DNA of 64,000 nucleotides from Patescibacteria group bacterium (GTDB taxonomy: Bacteria; Patescibacteriota; Patescibacteriia; UBA10025; JAHIVO01). Each line of letters opens with the position of its first letter. Position 1 is the stretch's first letter. The position numbers and the translations under genes are program-made. The stretch lies in the NCBI GenBank assembly GCA_043808365.1, contig JAZDEZ010000007.1, positions 9,637 through 73,636 on the forward strand, read 5' to 3'. Below, piece by piece: positions 46,567 through 55,600 of the stretch. Below the pieces are notes generated by a model. It did no database searches. It was not told the origin of the DNA and worked only from the letters and a program-made list of their open reading frames with translations.

Positions 46567-47745
46567 TTACGTTGCATCTTTCATGAACATGTACATGAGC
46601 GAGCACAGGCCGGCCAGGATGAAAATCGGCACCCAGGGCGCGGCGAAAAATTGGATGATCAGCAATAAAACAGCGGCAGTCAGGCATTTCGCCACAGCGA
46701 TTGACTGCTCGTAAAACACGGTATACGGCAGTACGCCGTACTTGCGGGCCTGGTTATAGGTCATGGCTACCAACGGCACGAACAGCACCTCTTTTGAAAA
46801 ACGGGAAAATGTATCCAGACTGAAAACGTGCCAGACTTGGGTCGCGCCACCGCGAACCAGCCAGCTGGCGAAATAAAGAATACTGCCCACGCGCAATACA
46901 TGTTCTTTGCGATATTTGTCTACCGCCTGGCCGACGTAAAGAATCAAAAAACTCGTTATTAATGTGGCAAATGCCGCGACTATGCCGATTTTCAGATAAT
47001 CATTGATGACGAGATAAATGAATATTGGCCACAGAGTTAACACGATGAGCTCCTCACCGAAGCCGAGATACGCCAAAAAATTCCGCCGATGCTGTTTGTC
47101 CCACAATTCACGGAAGGCCTCGTTATATGAAAATTTCACCGGACTGTAAATTTCCTTGATGCGCAGCAGGGGGAATGCGGACAAAATAAAAAAAACAGCC
47201 ACGACGCTGAACAAAACGCTGAAATTCGACCATTCCAATATCGCGCCGCCGATGAACGGCCCGACAATAAAGACGATCATGTGCAGCGATTCAATGCCGC
47301 CCACTTCCCGGCCGCGCTGCTCTTTTGAGGAAAACTCGGCGAAATCCGCGTGATAAGCCGGCCAATACAGGGATTTCTGTACGGCAAAAAATAACGGCGC
47401 GATAAAAAAGAGCGGGGGGAATTTCGGGATGGCGAAAAGAGTGATGTAGTAGGCAATCAGGAAAAACTGGCTGTAAAAAATCGAGTGTTCATAGCCGATC
47501 CGGCCGACCCATCGACCGATAAACGGCAGGATGAGCGTATAGAGCGCGTACACCAGGAAATAAAAAAAGACCACTTGCTTGAGCGAATACCCGGCGATAA
47601 ACAGGTAAATCGGCTCAAATAAAGTAACCGCGGCTATGCCCAGGTCCATGAGGCCGACGGACCAGAACAGCTCTTTCAGGTCGCGCGACGGGTGCTTGGA
47701 AAAATAATGCGGCAGATGCAGCTGGAATTTCCTGAAAATCGACAT
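46567..47745 (-). CDS. MFS-type transporter
   Basis: 392 aa with about 12 hydrophobic helices in a 6+6 layout and a typical loop (GRWVGRIGYEH). The substrate is unknown. Confidence 0.65.
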   Translation of the reverse strand: MSIFRKFQLHLPHYFSKHPSRDLKELFWSVGLMDLGIAAVTLFEPIYLFIAGYSLKQVVFFYFLVYALYTLILPFIGRWVGRIGYEHSIFYSQFFLIAYYITLFAIPKFPPLFFIAPLFFAVQKSLYWPAYHADFAEFSSKEQRGREVGGIESLHMIVFIVGPFIGGAILEWSNFSVLFSVVAVFFILSAFPLLRIKEIYSPVKFSYNEAFRELWDKQHRRNFLAYLGFGEELIVLTLWPIFIYLVINDYLKIGIVAAFATLITSFLILYVGQAVDKYRKEHVLRVGSILYFASWLVRGGATQVWHVFSLDTFSRFSKEVLFVPLVAMTYNQARKYGVLPYTVFYEQSIAVAKCLTAAVLLLIIQFFAAPWVPIFILAGLCSLMYMFMKDAT

Positions 47746-47751
47746 GGCGGA

Positions 47752-48375
47752 TTATTCCTTGTGAGTTTTTATCTTTATCGGGCCTTCGCGCAAGATCTTC
47801 ACCTTTTTCCCGTCAATCTGCGCCACGGTTGACACGGGTATTTCCGGCAAGTCGCCGGCATCCAAGATGAGATCCGGCAAGCTTTCGGACTCCTGGAACA
47901 TATGCATGACGCATTCCGCGGAATAGCAGTTGCCGTGGCCGCTGATGTTGGCGCTCGTGGAGGTGAGCGGGCGGTCGCAGGCTTTCACGAGGGCTAAGGC
48001 CACTGGCGCGTCCGGAATACGCACGCCGATCGTCGGCAGCCCGAGCGTCAAGAACGGCGGGACGGTGCCTTTCTTTTTGAAAATTATCGTCAATGCGCCT
48101 GGCCAGTATTTTTTCATCAGATGCTGCTCTTCAGGCGTGACGTCGGCGATCCGGCCGAGCATTTTTGGCGAATCGATAATGACCGGCAGCGGTTTTTGCA
48201 TGCGCCGTTTCATGATGAACAATTTGCCGATCGACCGTTCATTCAGCGCGTCAGCGGCCAAGCCGTACGCCGTGTCAGTCGGATAGGCGACCACGCCGCC
48301 GTCAATAATGACTTTCGCGGCTTGCTTAATAATCTCCATTTCCGGCTTCTTTGGGTTTATTTTTATCACTTGCAT
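47752..48375 (-). CDS. tsaC: L-threonylcarbamoyladenylate synthase (TsaC/YrdC/Sua5 family)
   Basis: 207 aa with GGVVAYPTDTAYGLAADA, KRRMQKPLPVII, YWPGALTIIF, IGVRIPD and PLTSTSANISG. Confidence 0.85.
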   Translation of the reverse strand: MQVIKINPKKPEMEIIKQAAKVIIDGGVVAYPTDTAYGLAADALNERSIGKLFIMKRRMQKPLPVIIDSPKMLGRIADVTPEEQHLMKKYWPGALTIIFKKKGTVPPFLTLGLPTIGVRIPDAPVALALVKACDRPLTSTSANISGHGNCYSAECVMHMFQESESLPDLILDAGDLPEIPVSTVAQIDGKKVKILREGPIKIKTHKE

Positions 48376-48572
48376 AGTCGCATATTATTTATTTAAATAT
48401 TTTTTTAATGGAATTTTTCTATCGAGTCGAGAATGTAGCCGACGTACTCCTCGTACAGCTTCTCAAAGTCTGCCCCCAGGCTGATCACTCCCCGCCAGAC
48501 CTCCTCGAAATCCCGAGCGGTAGCAGGGGATTTTTTTAGCTAATATTGGAGATCCCTCATTCCATTCGGGAT

Positions 48573-48599
48573 GAGATTGTTGAATTATTCAACAATCTC
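48573..48599. repeat. perfect 12-bp-stem palindrome with no U-tract
   Basis: The sequence is gagattgttgaa-tta-ttcaacaatctc. It lies between the leuS stop and the tsaC start. No T-run follows on either strand, so it is not a canonical terminator. Confidence 0.5.
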
Positions 48600-48657
48600 A
48601 ATTATACACAATATCCGTCGTTGGTTGCATGGGTCATTCGCTAGTCGGTAGTATTCC

Positions 48658-48688
48658 TTCCTTCTCCCCCAGGGAGAAGGATCTGAGG
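48658..48688. repeat. GC-rich REP-like hairpin, copy 2 of 3
   Basis: The sequence is ttccttctccc-cca-gggagaagga followed by tctgagg, about 30 nt downstream of the leuS stop. Confidence 0.5.
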
Positions 48689-48717
48689 CCCGCTTCGCAG
48701 CGAGGCGAGATGAGAGG

Positions 48718-51700
48718 TCAAACCGCGATAGTGACTATCCGGCCTTTGATATACTTGGCCATCTTCGGCCTTTTACCGTCCAGCCATTTCTTAACCTTAT
48801 CACTGGCCAATGCCAGCCTCAGTACTTCTTCTTCATTGGCTTCCGTGGGGAAAGTTAGTTGGTCGCGCACCTTGCCATTGATCTGAACGGGAATAGAAAT
48901 CTCCTTTTCAATTAACCTTTTCTCATCTGCCACCGGCCAGGGCTCGCTGTCAATTAAATCCTGATGGCCAAGCTTTTCCCATAATTCCGCGGCAAGATGC
49001 GGAGCGAAAGGGGAAAGCAGTTTGAGGAATATTTCAATTTCATCCTTTGCCACCAAAAACTCCGCTGTCAAAACTTTTCCCTGGACAGTGACATCCTTGA
49101 AAAAAATCATCAACTGCGAAATGGCCGTATTAAACCTAAAATTTTCGATGTCCTCGGTGACCTTTTTAATTGTCTTATGCAATATTTGTTTCCGGCCCTC
49201 ATTTTGGACTAACACCCGCTTGTCGCCTTTGGCTAAGAGGGATGCGATGGTATTCCCCCATTGCCAAATGCGTTCCAAGAAACGGGTCATGCCGACAATC
49301 CCATTCGTATTCCACGGCTTGGCATCCTCAAACGGGCCCATGAACATCTCATACATGCGCATGGCGTCAGCGCCAAATTTTTTGATGACGTCATCAGGAT
49401 TGACCACGTTTCCGCGCGACTTGGACATTTTCTGGTTATCCTCGCCGAGGATCAAGCCCTGGTTTTTTAATTTAAGGAACGGCTCGTCCCCGCACTCTTT
49501 AGGCACCACGCCGATGTCGAATAAAAATTTGTAAATGAAGCGGGCGTACAAAAGATGCAACACGGCATGTTCCGCTCCGCCGACGTACAGGTCAACCGGC
49601 AGCCACTGTTTCAACTTCTCCGGGTCGGCCAGTTGTTTTTCATTTTTCGGATCGCAATAGCGCAGGAAATACCAGTTTGACCCGGCCCACTGCGGCATGG
49701 TGTTAGTTTCACGCTTGGCCTTGCCCCCGCACTGCGGACATTTCGTGTTCACCCATTTATCAATGGAGGCTAAAGGGGATTCACCCGTACCGGTCGGCTC
49801 GTACTTCTTGACATTCGGCAATTCGAGGGGTAAATCCTCTACCGGCACGGGCACCAGTCCGACCGGCATAGGCTTAATATCATTTAGGATTTCAGGGAAC
49901 TCAAGCACCCCGGCTGGTGCGTTGAAATGCCCTTTGCCGGAAAAAATCCTGACATCCGCTCCGAGCGGCTGGTAAGTCTTTTTGACTTCTAGCGGGATGT
50001 AGGGGTCGTTATCCGAAAAATAAATGAATGCATGTTTTGCCAGCTCTTTCACTTTTTTCCAATCGATTACCGTTTCGTTGATGGAAAAAATATCATTGAT
50101 CGAGTTCTCGGCCAGGCCGATTTTCTTCAAGGCGTCGCGTTTTTGCCCCTTACCGGTCGGTGCTATTAAAAATAACTTTTTTACCTTGATACTTTCCCGC
50201 TCTATGAACTTACAAATGACAGGTGCCGCCAAGCTATGGCCGATAAAAACAACATTATCGCCCAGGAGCGGTTTGAGCTTCCGTAATTCGTCCAGCCACT
50301 CTTCCAATCTTGGCCGGTCTGCATTCGGCAAATCCGGCGTTAATACCGTGTGGCCCAGCTTTTCCAGCGTTTCCCTGAACCATGGCAGCCAGTTTTCCTT
50401 TGAATGCCCGAAGATCCCATGCACGACGACAAACGTCTGCTTGTATTTCTTGGCGCACTCATCGCAATGCACGATCGGGATCGGTTCGCCCCAATACCGC
50501 TGACGCGAAAACAGCCAGTCACGGAGCTTGTAATTTACAGAAATTCCGGCTTTTCTTTTCGGGAAAAATGGTAGAATTTCCGGTATAGATTTTATCCCCT
50601 TGGCTTCGCTGAAATGATATTTACCAGGGATGAGATGAATTTCAGCTTCTGGCAGATTTTTTTTATAATACACCATGCTGTCGACGGGGATATATGGATC
50701 ATTTTCTGAGTGCACGATGATAAAACGATTCGCCAGTGTACGTATCTTTTCCCAATTCAAATTTTGTGTCTGATTCATTCTTTCAACCGAACCCCAATCA
50801 TAATCCGGATATTCTTTTTTTAGTTTCTCCCAATCTTGCAATGGGTTTGTCGGTGCAACAAAAATGACTGTATCGACTTTTTTACCCGATTCCTGGAGAT
50901 AATACAAAATCGAAGCGCACCCGAGACTATGCCCAACCAGTACCGAACTTTCATTTACCTGCGTGTCATAATGACGCAAAAAATCATTCCACGATTCTAA
51001 TGTCGGATGGCCTTCGCCCGGCATGGTTGGCACTATTGTCTCCCAACCATATCTTGCCAATTCCTCTTTTAACCACGGGAACCAATTTTCTCGTTTATGC
51101 CCACCAATCCCGTGGACGACAAGGCAAGTGTTTTCTGTCTGGCCTGCCTTTGAATTTAGTTGTTTTATTATTACGTCTTTAAACTTCACCGAGTCCATGC
51201 CGTCATACTGGCCGGAATTTACCATCTTCCCGTCACCAGAATAGCACCCCTCCCTCGCCCCTTTGGGGAGAGGGGTTGGGGGTGAGGGGGGGTCAATAAC
51301 TTTAACAATCGGTAATTTGAATTTCTTGGCAAACTCGAAATCCCTTTCATCATGCGCCGGTACGGCCATAATGGCACCGGTACCATATGAGCTAAGGACG
51401 TAATCCGCTATCCAAATCGGGATTTTTTTATCATTGGCCGGGTTGATGGCATAAGCGCCGGTGAACACGCCGGTTTTTTCCTTGGCCAGGTCAGTACGGT
51501 CAAGGTCTGATTTCCGTGTTGCTTCAATCTGATATTTTCCGACAATACTTCGTTGTTCCGGAGAGGTAATGTCATTTACTAACGGATGCTCCGGCGACAG
51601 AACGATGTACGTCGCGCCGAACAGGGTATCGGGCCGTGTGGTAAACACCTCAATAACATCGGACTCTAAACATTGGACTTTGGACTTTAAACCAGCCACC

Positions 51701-52461
51701 CATTGAGAATTTTCGGCTCTTTGTTCTCTGTTTTTTGTCCAAAGTTCAAAGTTGACCAACGCGCCCTCGCTCCGGCCGATCCAGTTTTTCTGCAATAGCT
51801 TAATATTCTCCGGCCAATCGAGTTTGTCTAAGCCGTGCAGCAATCTTTCGACATACCTTTCGTCCGTAATTTTTACCAGCCACTGCTTGATCTGCTTCTT
51901 CGTCACGACTGTACCGCATCGCTCGCATTTGCCATTAACCACTTCTTCGTTAGCCAGGCCGGTTTTGCACGACGGGCACCAGTTGATCGGCGCAAAAGCC
52001 TCATAAGCCAAACCATGCTTGAACAGCTGCACGAAAATCCACTGTGTCCATCTATAATACTTCGGATCAGACGTCACCACTTCCCGATCCCAGTCATAAG
52101 AAAAACCAAGTGATTGGATCTGTTTCCTCATGTTTTTGATGTTCTTCGCAGTAGTCACGGCGGGATGTGTGCCAGTCTTGATGGCGTAGTTCTCTGCCGG
52201 CAAGCCAAAGGCATCGAAACCCATCGGGTGCAGTACCGCTTTGCCCTTCATGCGCAAATATCGGCACATGATATCAGATGCCGTATACCCTTCCGGATGG
52301 CCGACATGGAGGCCTTGGGCCGAAGGATATGGGAACATGTCCAGGACATACTTTTTCGAGCCTACCGCCTTAGCACTATCGTCAATAGAAAAAAGACGAC
52401 GGCGCTCCCACTCGCGTTGCCATTTTTTTTCGACCGGAGAATGATGATATATCTTCGCCAT
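48718..52461 (-). CDS. leuS: leucyl-tRNA synthetase carrying two in-frame alpha/beta-hydrolase domain insertions
   Basis: The track ORF starts at 52473. I prefer ATG 52461 (MAKIYHH) because GGGAG lies 7 nt upstream. LeuS hallmarks present: the HIGH motif (GLHVGHPEGY), CP1 editing domain (TTRPDTLFGATY; AVPAHDERDFEFA), YKLRDWLFSRQRYWGEPIP and KMSKS (QKMSKSRGN). The length of ~1247 aa is about 400 aa more than the ~860 aa I recall for typical bacterial LeuRS. Confidence 0.9.
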   Translation of the reverse strand: MAKIYHHSPVEKKWQREWERRRLFSIDDSAKAVGSKKYVLDMFPYPSAQGLHVGHPEGYTASDIMCRYLRMKGKAVLHPMGFDAFGLPAENYAIKTGTHPAVTTAKNIKNMRKQIQSLGFSYDWDREVVTSDPKYYRWTQWIFVQLFKHGLAYEAFAPINWCPSCKTGLANEEVVNGKCERCGTVVTKKQIKQWLVKITDERYVERLLHGLDKLDWPENIKLLQKNWIGRSEGALVNFELWTKNREQRAENSQWVAGLKSKVQCLESDVIEVFTTRPDTLFGATYIVLSPEHPLVNDITSPEQRSIVGKYQIEATRKSDLDRTDLAKEKTGVFTGAYAINPANDKKIPIWIADYVLSSYGTGAIMAVPAHDERDFEFAKKFKLPIVKVIDPPSPPTPLPKGAREGCYSGDGKMVNSGQYDGMDSVKFKDVIIKQLNSKAGQTENTCLVVHGIGGHKRENWFPWLKEELARYGWETIVPTMPGEGHPTLESWNDFLRHYDTQVNESSVLVGHSLGCASILYYLQESGKKVDTVIFVAPTNPLQDWEKLKKEYPDYDWGSVERMNQTQNLNWEKIRTLANRFIIVHSENDPYIPVDSMVYYKKNLPEAEIHLIPGKYHFSEAKGIKSIPEILPFFPKRKAGISVNYKLRDWLFSRQRYWGEPIPIVHCDECAKKYKQTFVVVHGIFGHSKENWLPWFRETLEKLGHTVLTPDLPNADRPRLEEWLDELRKLKPLLGDNVVFIGHSLAAPVICKFIERESIKVKKLFLIAPTGKGQKRDALKKIGLAENSINDIFSINETVIDWKKVKELAKHAFIYFSDNDPYIPLEVKKTYQPLGADVRIFSGKGHFNAPAGVLEFPEILNDIKPMPVGLVPVPVEDLPLELPNVKKYEPTGTGESPLASIDKWVNTKCPQCGGKAKRETNTMPQWAGSNWYFLRYCDPKNEKQLADPEKLKQWLPVDLYVGGAEHAVLHLLYARFIYKFLFDIGVVPKECGDEPFLKLKNQGLILGEDNQKMSKSRGNVVNPDDVIKKFGADAMRMYEMFMGPFEDAKPWNTNGIVGMTRFLERIWQWGNTIASLLAKGDKRVLVQNEGRKQILHKTIKKVTEDIENFRFNTAISQLMIFFKDVTVQGKVLTAEFLVAKDEIEIFLKLLSPFAPHLAAELWEKLGHQDLIDSEPWPVADEKRLIEKEISIPVQINGKVRDQLTFPTEANEEEVLRLALASDKVKKWLDGKRPKMAKYIKGRIVTIAV
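49873..50439 (-). other. LeuRS insertion 2: YdeN/RBBP9-like serine-hydrolase domain
   Basis: The inserted sequence is QTFVVVHGIFGHSKENWLPWF...VVFIGHSLAAPV...FIYFSDNDPYIP...FSGKGHFNA. It sits between IPIVHCDECAKKYK and PVPVEDLPLELP. The Ser (GHSLA), Asp (DND) and His (GHF) triad is present. Confidence 0.7.
50555..51138 (-). other. LeuRS insertion 1: YdeN/RBBP9-like serine-hydrolase domain
   Basis: The inserted sequence is TENTCLVVHGIGGHKRENWFPWL...VLVGHSLGCAS...FIIVHSENDPYIP...IPGKYHFSE. It sits between ...IIKQLNSKAGQ and KRKAGISVNYKLRDW. The Ser, Asp and His triad is present. Confidence 0.7.
51245..51290. repeat. GC-rich REP-like hairpin, copy 3 of 3, lying in frame inside leuS
   Basis: The sequence is cacccctccctcgcccctttggggagaggggttgggggtgaggggg. 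On the coding strand it is translated as DPPSPPTPLPKGAREG, in the variable loop after KFKLPIVKVI. Confidence 0.5.
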
Positions 52462-52542
52462 ACTGACTCCCATAGTACCATTTTTTTACACTATTTTTCA
52501 AGGAATGCAAAAAAACACCCCACGATGGTCGTTATTTACCCG

Positions 52543-52571
52543 TTGACTAGGGTTACTCAACATGGTATGAT
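52543..52571 (+). promoter_or_regulatory. sigma70-type promoter for the LysM-M23 peptidase gene
   Basis: TTGACT (52543-52548), a 17-nt spacer, then TATGAT (52566-52571), counted by hand. It lies ~105 nt upstream of the start codon. Confidence 0.55.
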
Positions 52572-52676
52572 TCGAAGTTGAAAATAATACCATCCTCCAT
52601 AAGGCAAAAAATGGCCTAATTTAGCATTAATTTCACGCATATTTCTGAAACTTTAAAAAGAATCTTCCTCAAGACT

Positions 52677-53993
52677 TTGATGGCAATTTTGGAAGCGTTA
52701 ATATCGATTGGACGCGGCCTGGGATTTTTCATTTTGTTCATGTTCGGCAAGCCAATCATGGCAATCAGTAAATTAGTTTTCCGTTACATACTGGTGCCGC
52801 TCTATAGCACCTACCGGCTGCTAAAAACCAAATTTTCAGTCAGGTTCGCGCCCGCAAAGAACAAAATTATTTACCCCCTCTTGAATCGATCCACGATTCA
52901 TGTGCTCATAGGGGTTATTATAGTCGGCGTTATCGCCAATAACATCTTCATCAAGCAAACGCGCGCCGAGGAGTTCGGCCAAGGCACAATCATGGCGACG
53001 GTCACGACGAACCCGGATGACGTTGATATTACCGAAACAGCCGTGACCAGTACCCAAAAAATTCCCAAACATTACCAAGCCACCAGCTTGGCCAGCGAAG
53101 AAGGACAGGCGGTGGCCGGAGTTGGAGATGGCACGGATGGCGGGGATACTATCGCCATCACCTCCCAGGCTAACAATGCCGTGATTAAACCCAACATAGC
53201 ATCAACCACACAGGGAGAGCGTCCCCGCGAAAATGTCGAGTATTACACTGTCGAGGGCGGTGACACGATCAGTACGATTGCGGAAAAATTCGGCATTTCC
53301 ACCAATACCATCCTATGGGAAAACCGGCTAGGGCCGCGCGATCTCATTAAGCCCGGCGATAAATTAACAATACTTCCGGCGAGCGGCGTATCGCATCAGG
53401 TTAAAAAAGGCGATACGATAGTAAAAATCGCCTCACGCTACAGCATCCCCGCCGATACGATTGTTGAATATAATAAACTGGCCAACACAGACGATATTGA
53501 ACAAAATGAAATATTAATTATCCCCGGCGGGCAGATGCCTGAAGAAATCTCGCCAAGCGCGCCGAAGTCAACCTCGCCATCCAGCGGCTCATCCATTTTT
53601 AACATCCCGCCGCCAAGCCGCGTGGCTACCAGTGCCCGTTTATTATGGCCGACGCCGAGCCACAAGATCAACCAGTACTACAAAGGTTCGCGCCATACCG
53701 GCGTGGATATTGACGGCGACTATTCATCGCCGATTTATGCGGCTGATAACGGCCGCGTAGAATATGCCAACAAGGATAGGAGCGGCTACGGACTGCATAT
53801 TGTCATTAACCACGGCGGCGGAGTAAAAACACTGTATGGGCATGAAAGCAAATTGTTCGTAAAAGTTGGCGATTCTGTGAAGCGCGGCCAGACCATCGGC
53901 ATGATGGGCTGTACCGGGCGTTGCACCGGCACTCACCTTCATTTTGAAGTAAGAATCAATGGCGCCATAGTCAACCCATTGATATACCTATAA
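52677..53993 (+). CDS. LysM-domain M23 family peptidoglycan endopeptidase
   Basis: 438 aa; the start is TTG 52677 or ATG 52680. The protein has N-terminal TMs and two LysM domains (YYTVEGGDTISTIAEKFGIS; HQVKKGDTIVKIASRYSIP). The M23 core reads HTGVDIDG...GLHIVINHGGGVKTLYGH...GCTGRCTGTHLHFEV. Confidence 0.85.
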   Translation: MMAILEALISIGRGLGFFILFMFGKPIMAISKLVFRYILVPLYSTYRLLKTKFSVRFAPAKNKIIYPLLNRSTIHVLIGVIIVGVIANNIFIKQTRAEEFGQGTIMATVTTNPDDVDITETAVTSTQKIPKHYQATSLASEEGQAVAGVGDGTDGGDTIAITSQANNAVIKPNIASTTQGERPRENVEYYTVEGGDTISTIAEKFGISTNTILWENRLGPRDLIKPGDKLTILPASGVSHQVKKGDTIVKIASRYSIPADTIVEYNKLANTDDIEQNEILIIPGGQMPEEISPSAPKSTSPSSGSSIFNIPPPSRVATSARLLWPTPSHKINQYYKGSRHTGVDIDGDYSSPIYAADNGRVEYANKDRSGYGLHIVINHGGGVKTLYGHESKLFVKVGDSVKRGQTIGMMGCTGRCTGTHLHFEVRINGAIVNPLIYL

Positions 53994-54045
53994 AAAAAGC
54001 GCTAAAAAACAGTCCCGCGCTAAAAACGTCCGGGTTGTTTTGAAG

Positions 54046-54876
54046 TTATTTTTTCAGCAGGCGCCTGATCTTCTCAATAATCTCGTCAATGGTGAAATTT
54101 GATTTAATCAGGTAATCATCAGCGCCCAGCGTACGACCCTTCTCAACATCAGTTTCTTGGCCCAGATTTGACAATAGGATAATCGGCGTCTTGGCCACAT
54201 CCGGCAGCGCATTAGTCCGGACTCGCTTCAATATCTCGAAACCATCAATGCCCGGGAGGATGATATCCAGCAAGATGACATCGGGGTGGGTATTGACCGC
54301 CTTCTCAGAACCGCCCGGCCCGTCAATGGCCGTATCGACTTCGAAATTTTCCCTTAATAATTTCGTCACCAAGAGATCGCGCAAGAACTGGTCATCCTCA
54401 ATAATCAGCACGCGGGCTTCGGGCGCGGTATTTTTTGGCTTGGCGGAAAACTGACTTGTCATAACACTCGCCTCGACTACGTCAGTTTTTTGCACCCGGT
54501 GCAGCACGCTGTTCACCTTGCTGACCACCTCTTCCGGCGTAAACTGGGCCTTAATAATGTAATCTTTCGCGCCCAAATCAATCGCTTTGTCAATCTCCAC
54601 CGGCTGGCCGGAATTTGAAATGATAATCACGGGCGGAATTTTATTCTTGCCGAACTTTTTCTGCAAAGCCTCCAGTACCTCATACCCATTCAGTTTCGGC
54701 ATGACGATATCCAGCAATATGACATCCGGCGCTGCTTTGTCAATAATCGCCAATCCGGCTTCGCCGTCACCCGCGGAATACACCCGATAATTCTCCCGCT
54801 GCAGTTTTTTTGTCAGGACATCAACTAAAATCGCCTCATCCTCGATAATAACTACGGTCTTTTGTTGGTTGGTCAT
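54046..54876 (-). CDS. response regulator with two tandem receiver (REC) domains and no output domain
   Basis: 276 aa. REC1 reads VVIIEDE...DVILLDIVMPKLNGYEVL...AKDYIIK. REC2 reads VLIIEDD...DVILLDIILPGIDGFEIL...ADDYLIK. Confidence 0.8.
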   Translation of the reverse strand: MTNQQKTVVIIEDEAILVDVLTKKLQRENYRVYSAGDGEAGLAIIDKAAPDVILLDIVMPKLNGYEVLEALQKKFGKNKIPPVIIISNSGQPVEIDKAIDLGAKDYIIKAQFTPEEVVSKVNSVLHRVQKTDVVEASVMTSQFSAKPKNTAPEARVLIIEDDQFLRDLLVTKLLRENFEVDTAIDGPGGSEKAVNTHPDVILLDIILPGIDGFEILKRVRTNALPDVAKTPIILLSNLGQETDVEKGRTLGADDYLIKSNFTIDEIIEKIRRLLKK

Positions 54877-55592
54877 ATTTTTATCGGATTATTTATTGGG
54901 TCATCGTGCGGTAAAGACTGGCGGCGGTAAATGACTAACAAGAATATCACGAGATAGGACAAGAGCGACAGGACATCGGAAATATACACGATTATTGGGG
55001 TTTCGGCCGTATAATAAGTATACGCTGTCACTATTAAAAGCGCCAGGCCGAAAGACAGTCCGATTGAACGACGACGGACGATTGGGTCACGCGAACGGCT
55101 GCCCTGCCAATAGTAAAAAACCGCGCTGGGCAGAAGGACCCCGGTAAAGATCAGGGAGCTTAAAATGCTCACCACTGGATGGATATCCCAATTCGTCATG
55201 CTGTCGGCCGGATTATACGTCGGGTGGTTGAAAAAAATTACATTAAAAACGACCGCAATCACTGACAGGAGCACGACTGCCAAGAATGCTTGACGGACCA
55301 GCTGGCGGCGGAGGAAAAAAACGGTAACTTTGGCAAAAAAAGCTACACCGCCGTACAAAAACGCCTGCGCTACGACAAAACCAATGCCCAATACCAACGA
55401 GTTGTCCGGTACGGCCAGTCGCGGCACAGAAAAAAAGAAATATGAAAAAACCAGCAAGGTATACCCTTGGGCAAAATATAAAAGAACGGTATTATTCCGG
55501 TCACGCTGCCAGGATCGGTACAGCTGGTACCCGCAAACGGCGCAAATAATGCAATTCGCCAAATCTATCAATGGAGTGATGGGAATATTCAT
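54873..55592 (-). CDS. polytopic (about 7 TM) membrane protein, function unknown
   Basis: 239 aa lying between the HK and REC-REC genes. Its stop overlaps the regulator start by 4 nt. Confidence 0.6.
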   Translation of the reverse strand: MNIPITPLIDLANCIICAVCGYQLYRSWQRDRNNTVLLYFAQGYTLLVFSYFFFSVPRLAVPDNSLVLGIGFVVAQAFLYGGVAFFAKVTVFFLRRQLVRQAFLAVVLLSVIAVVFNVIFFNHPTYNPADSMTNWDIHPVVSILSSLIFTGVLLPSAVFYYWQGSRSRDPIVRRRSIGLSFGLALLIVTAYTYYTAETPIIVYISDVLSLLSYLVIFLLVIYRRQSLPHDDPINNPIKI

Positions 55593-55600
55593 GGATGATA

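Noticed and set aside
49873-51138. The two LeuRS insertions read as inteins.
   Set aside because: The C-terminal junctions have no His-Asn followed by Cys/Ser/Thr, and there are no intein block motifs. Instead both inserts show the alpha/beta-hydrolase nucleophile elbow and an Asp/His triad.
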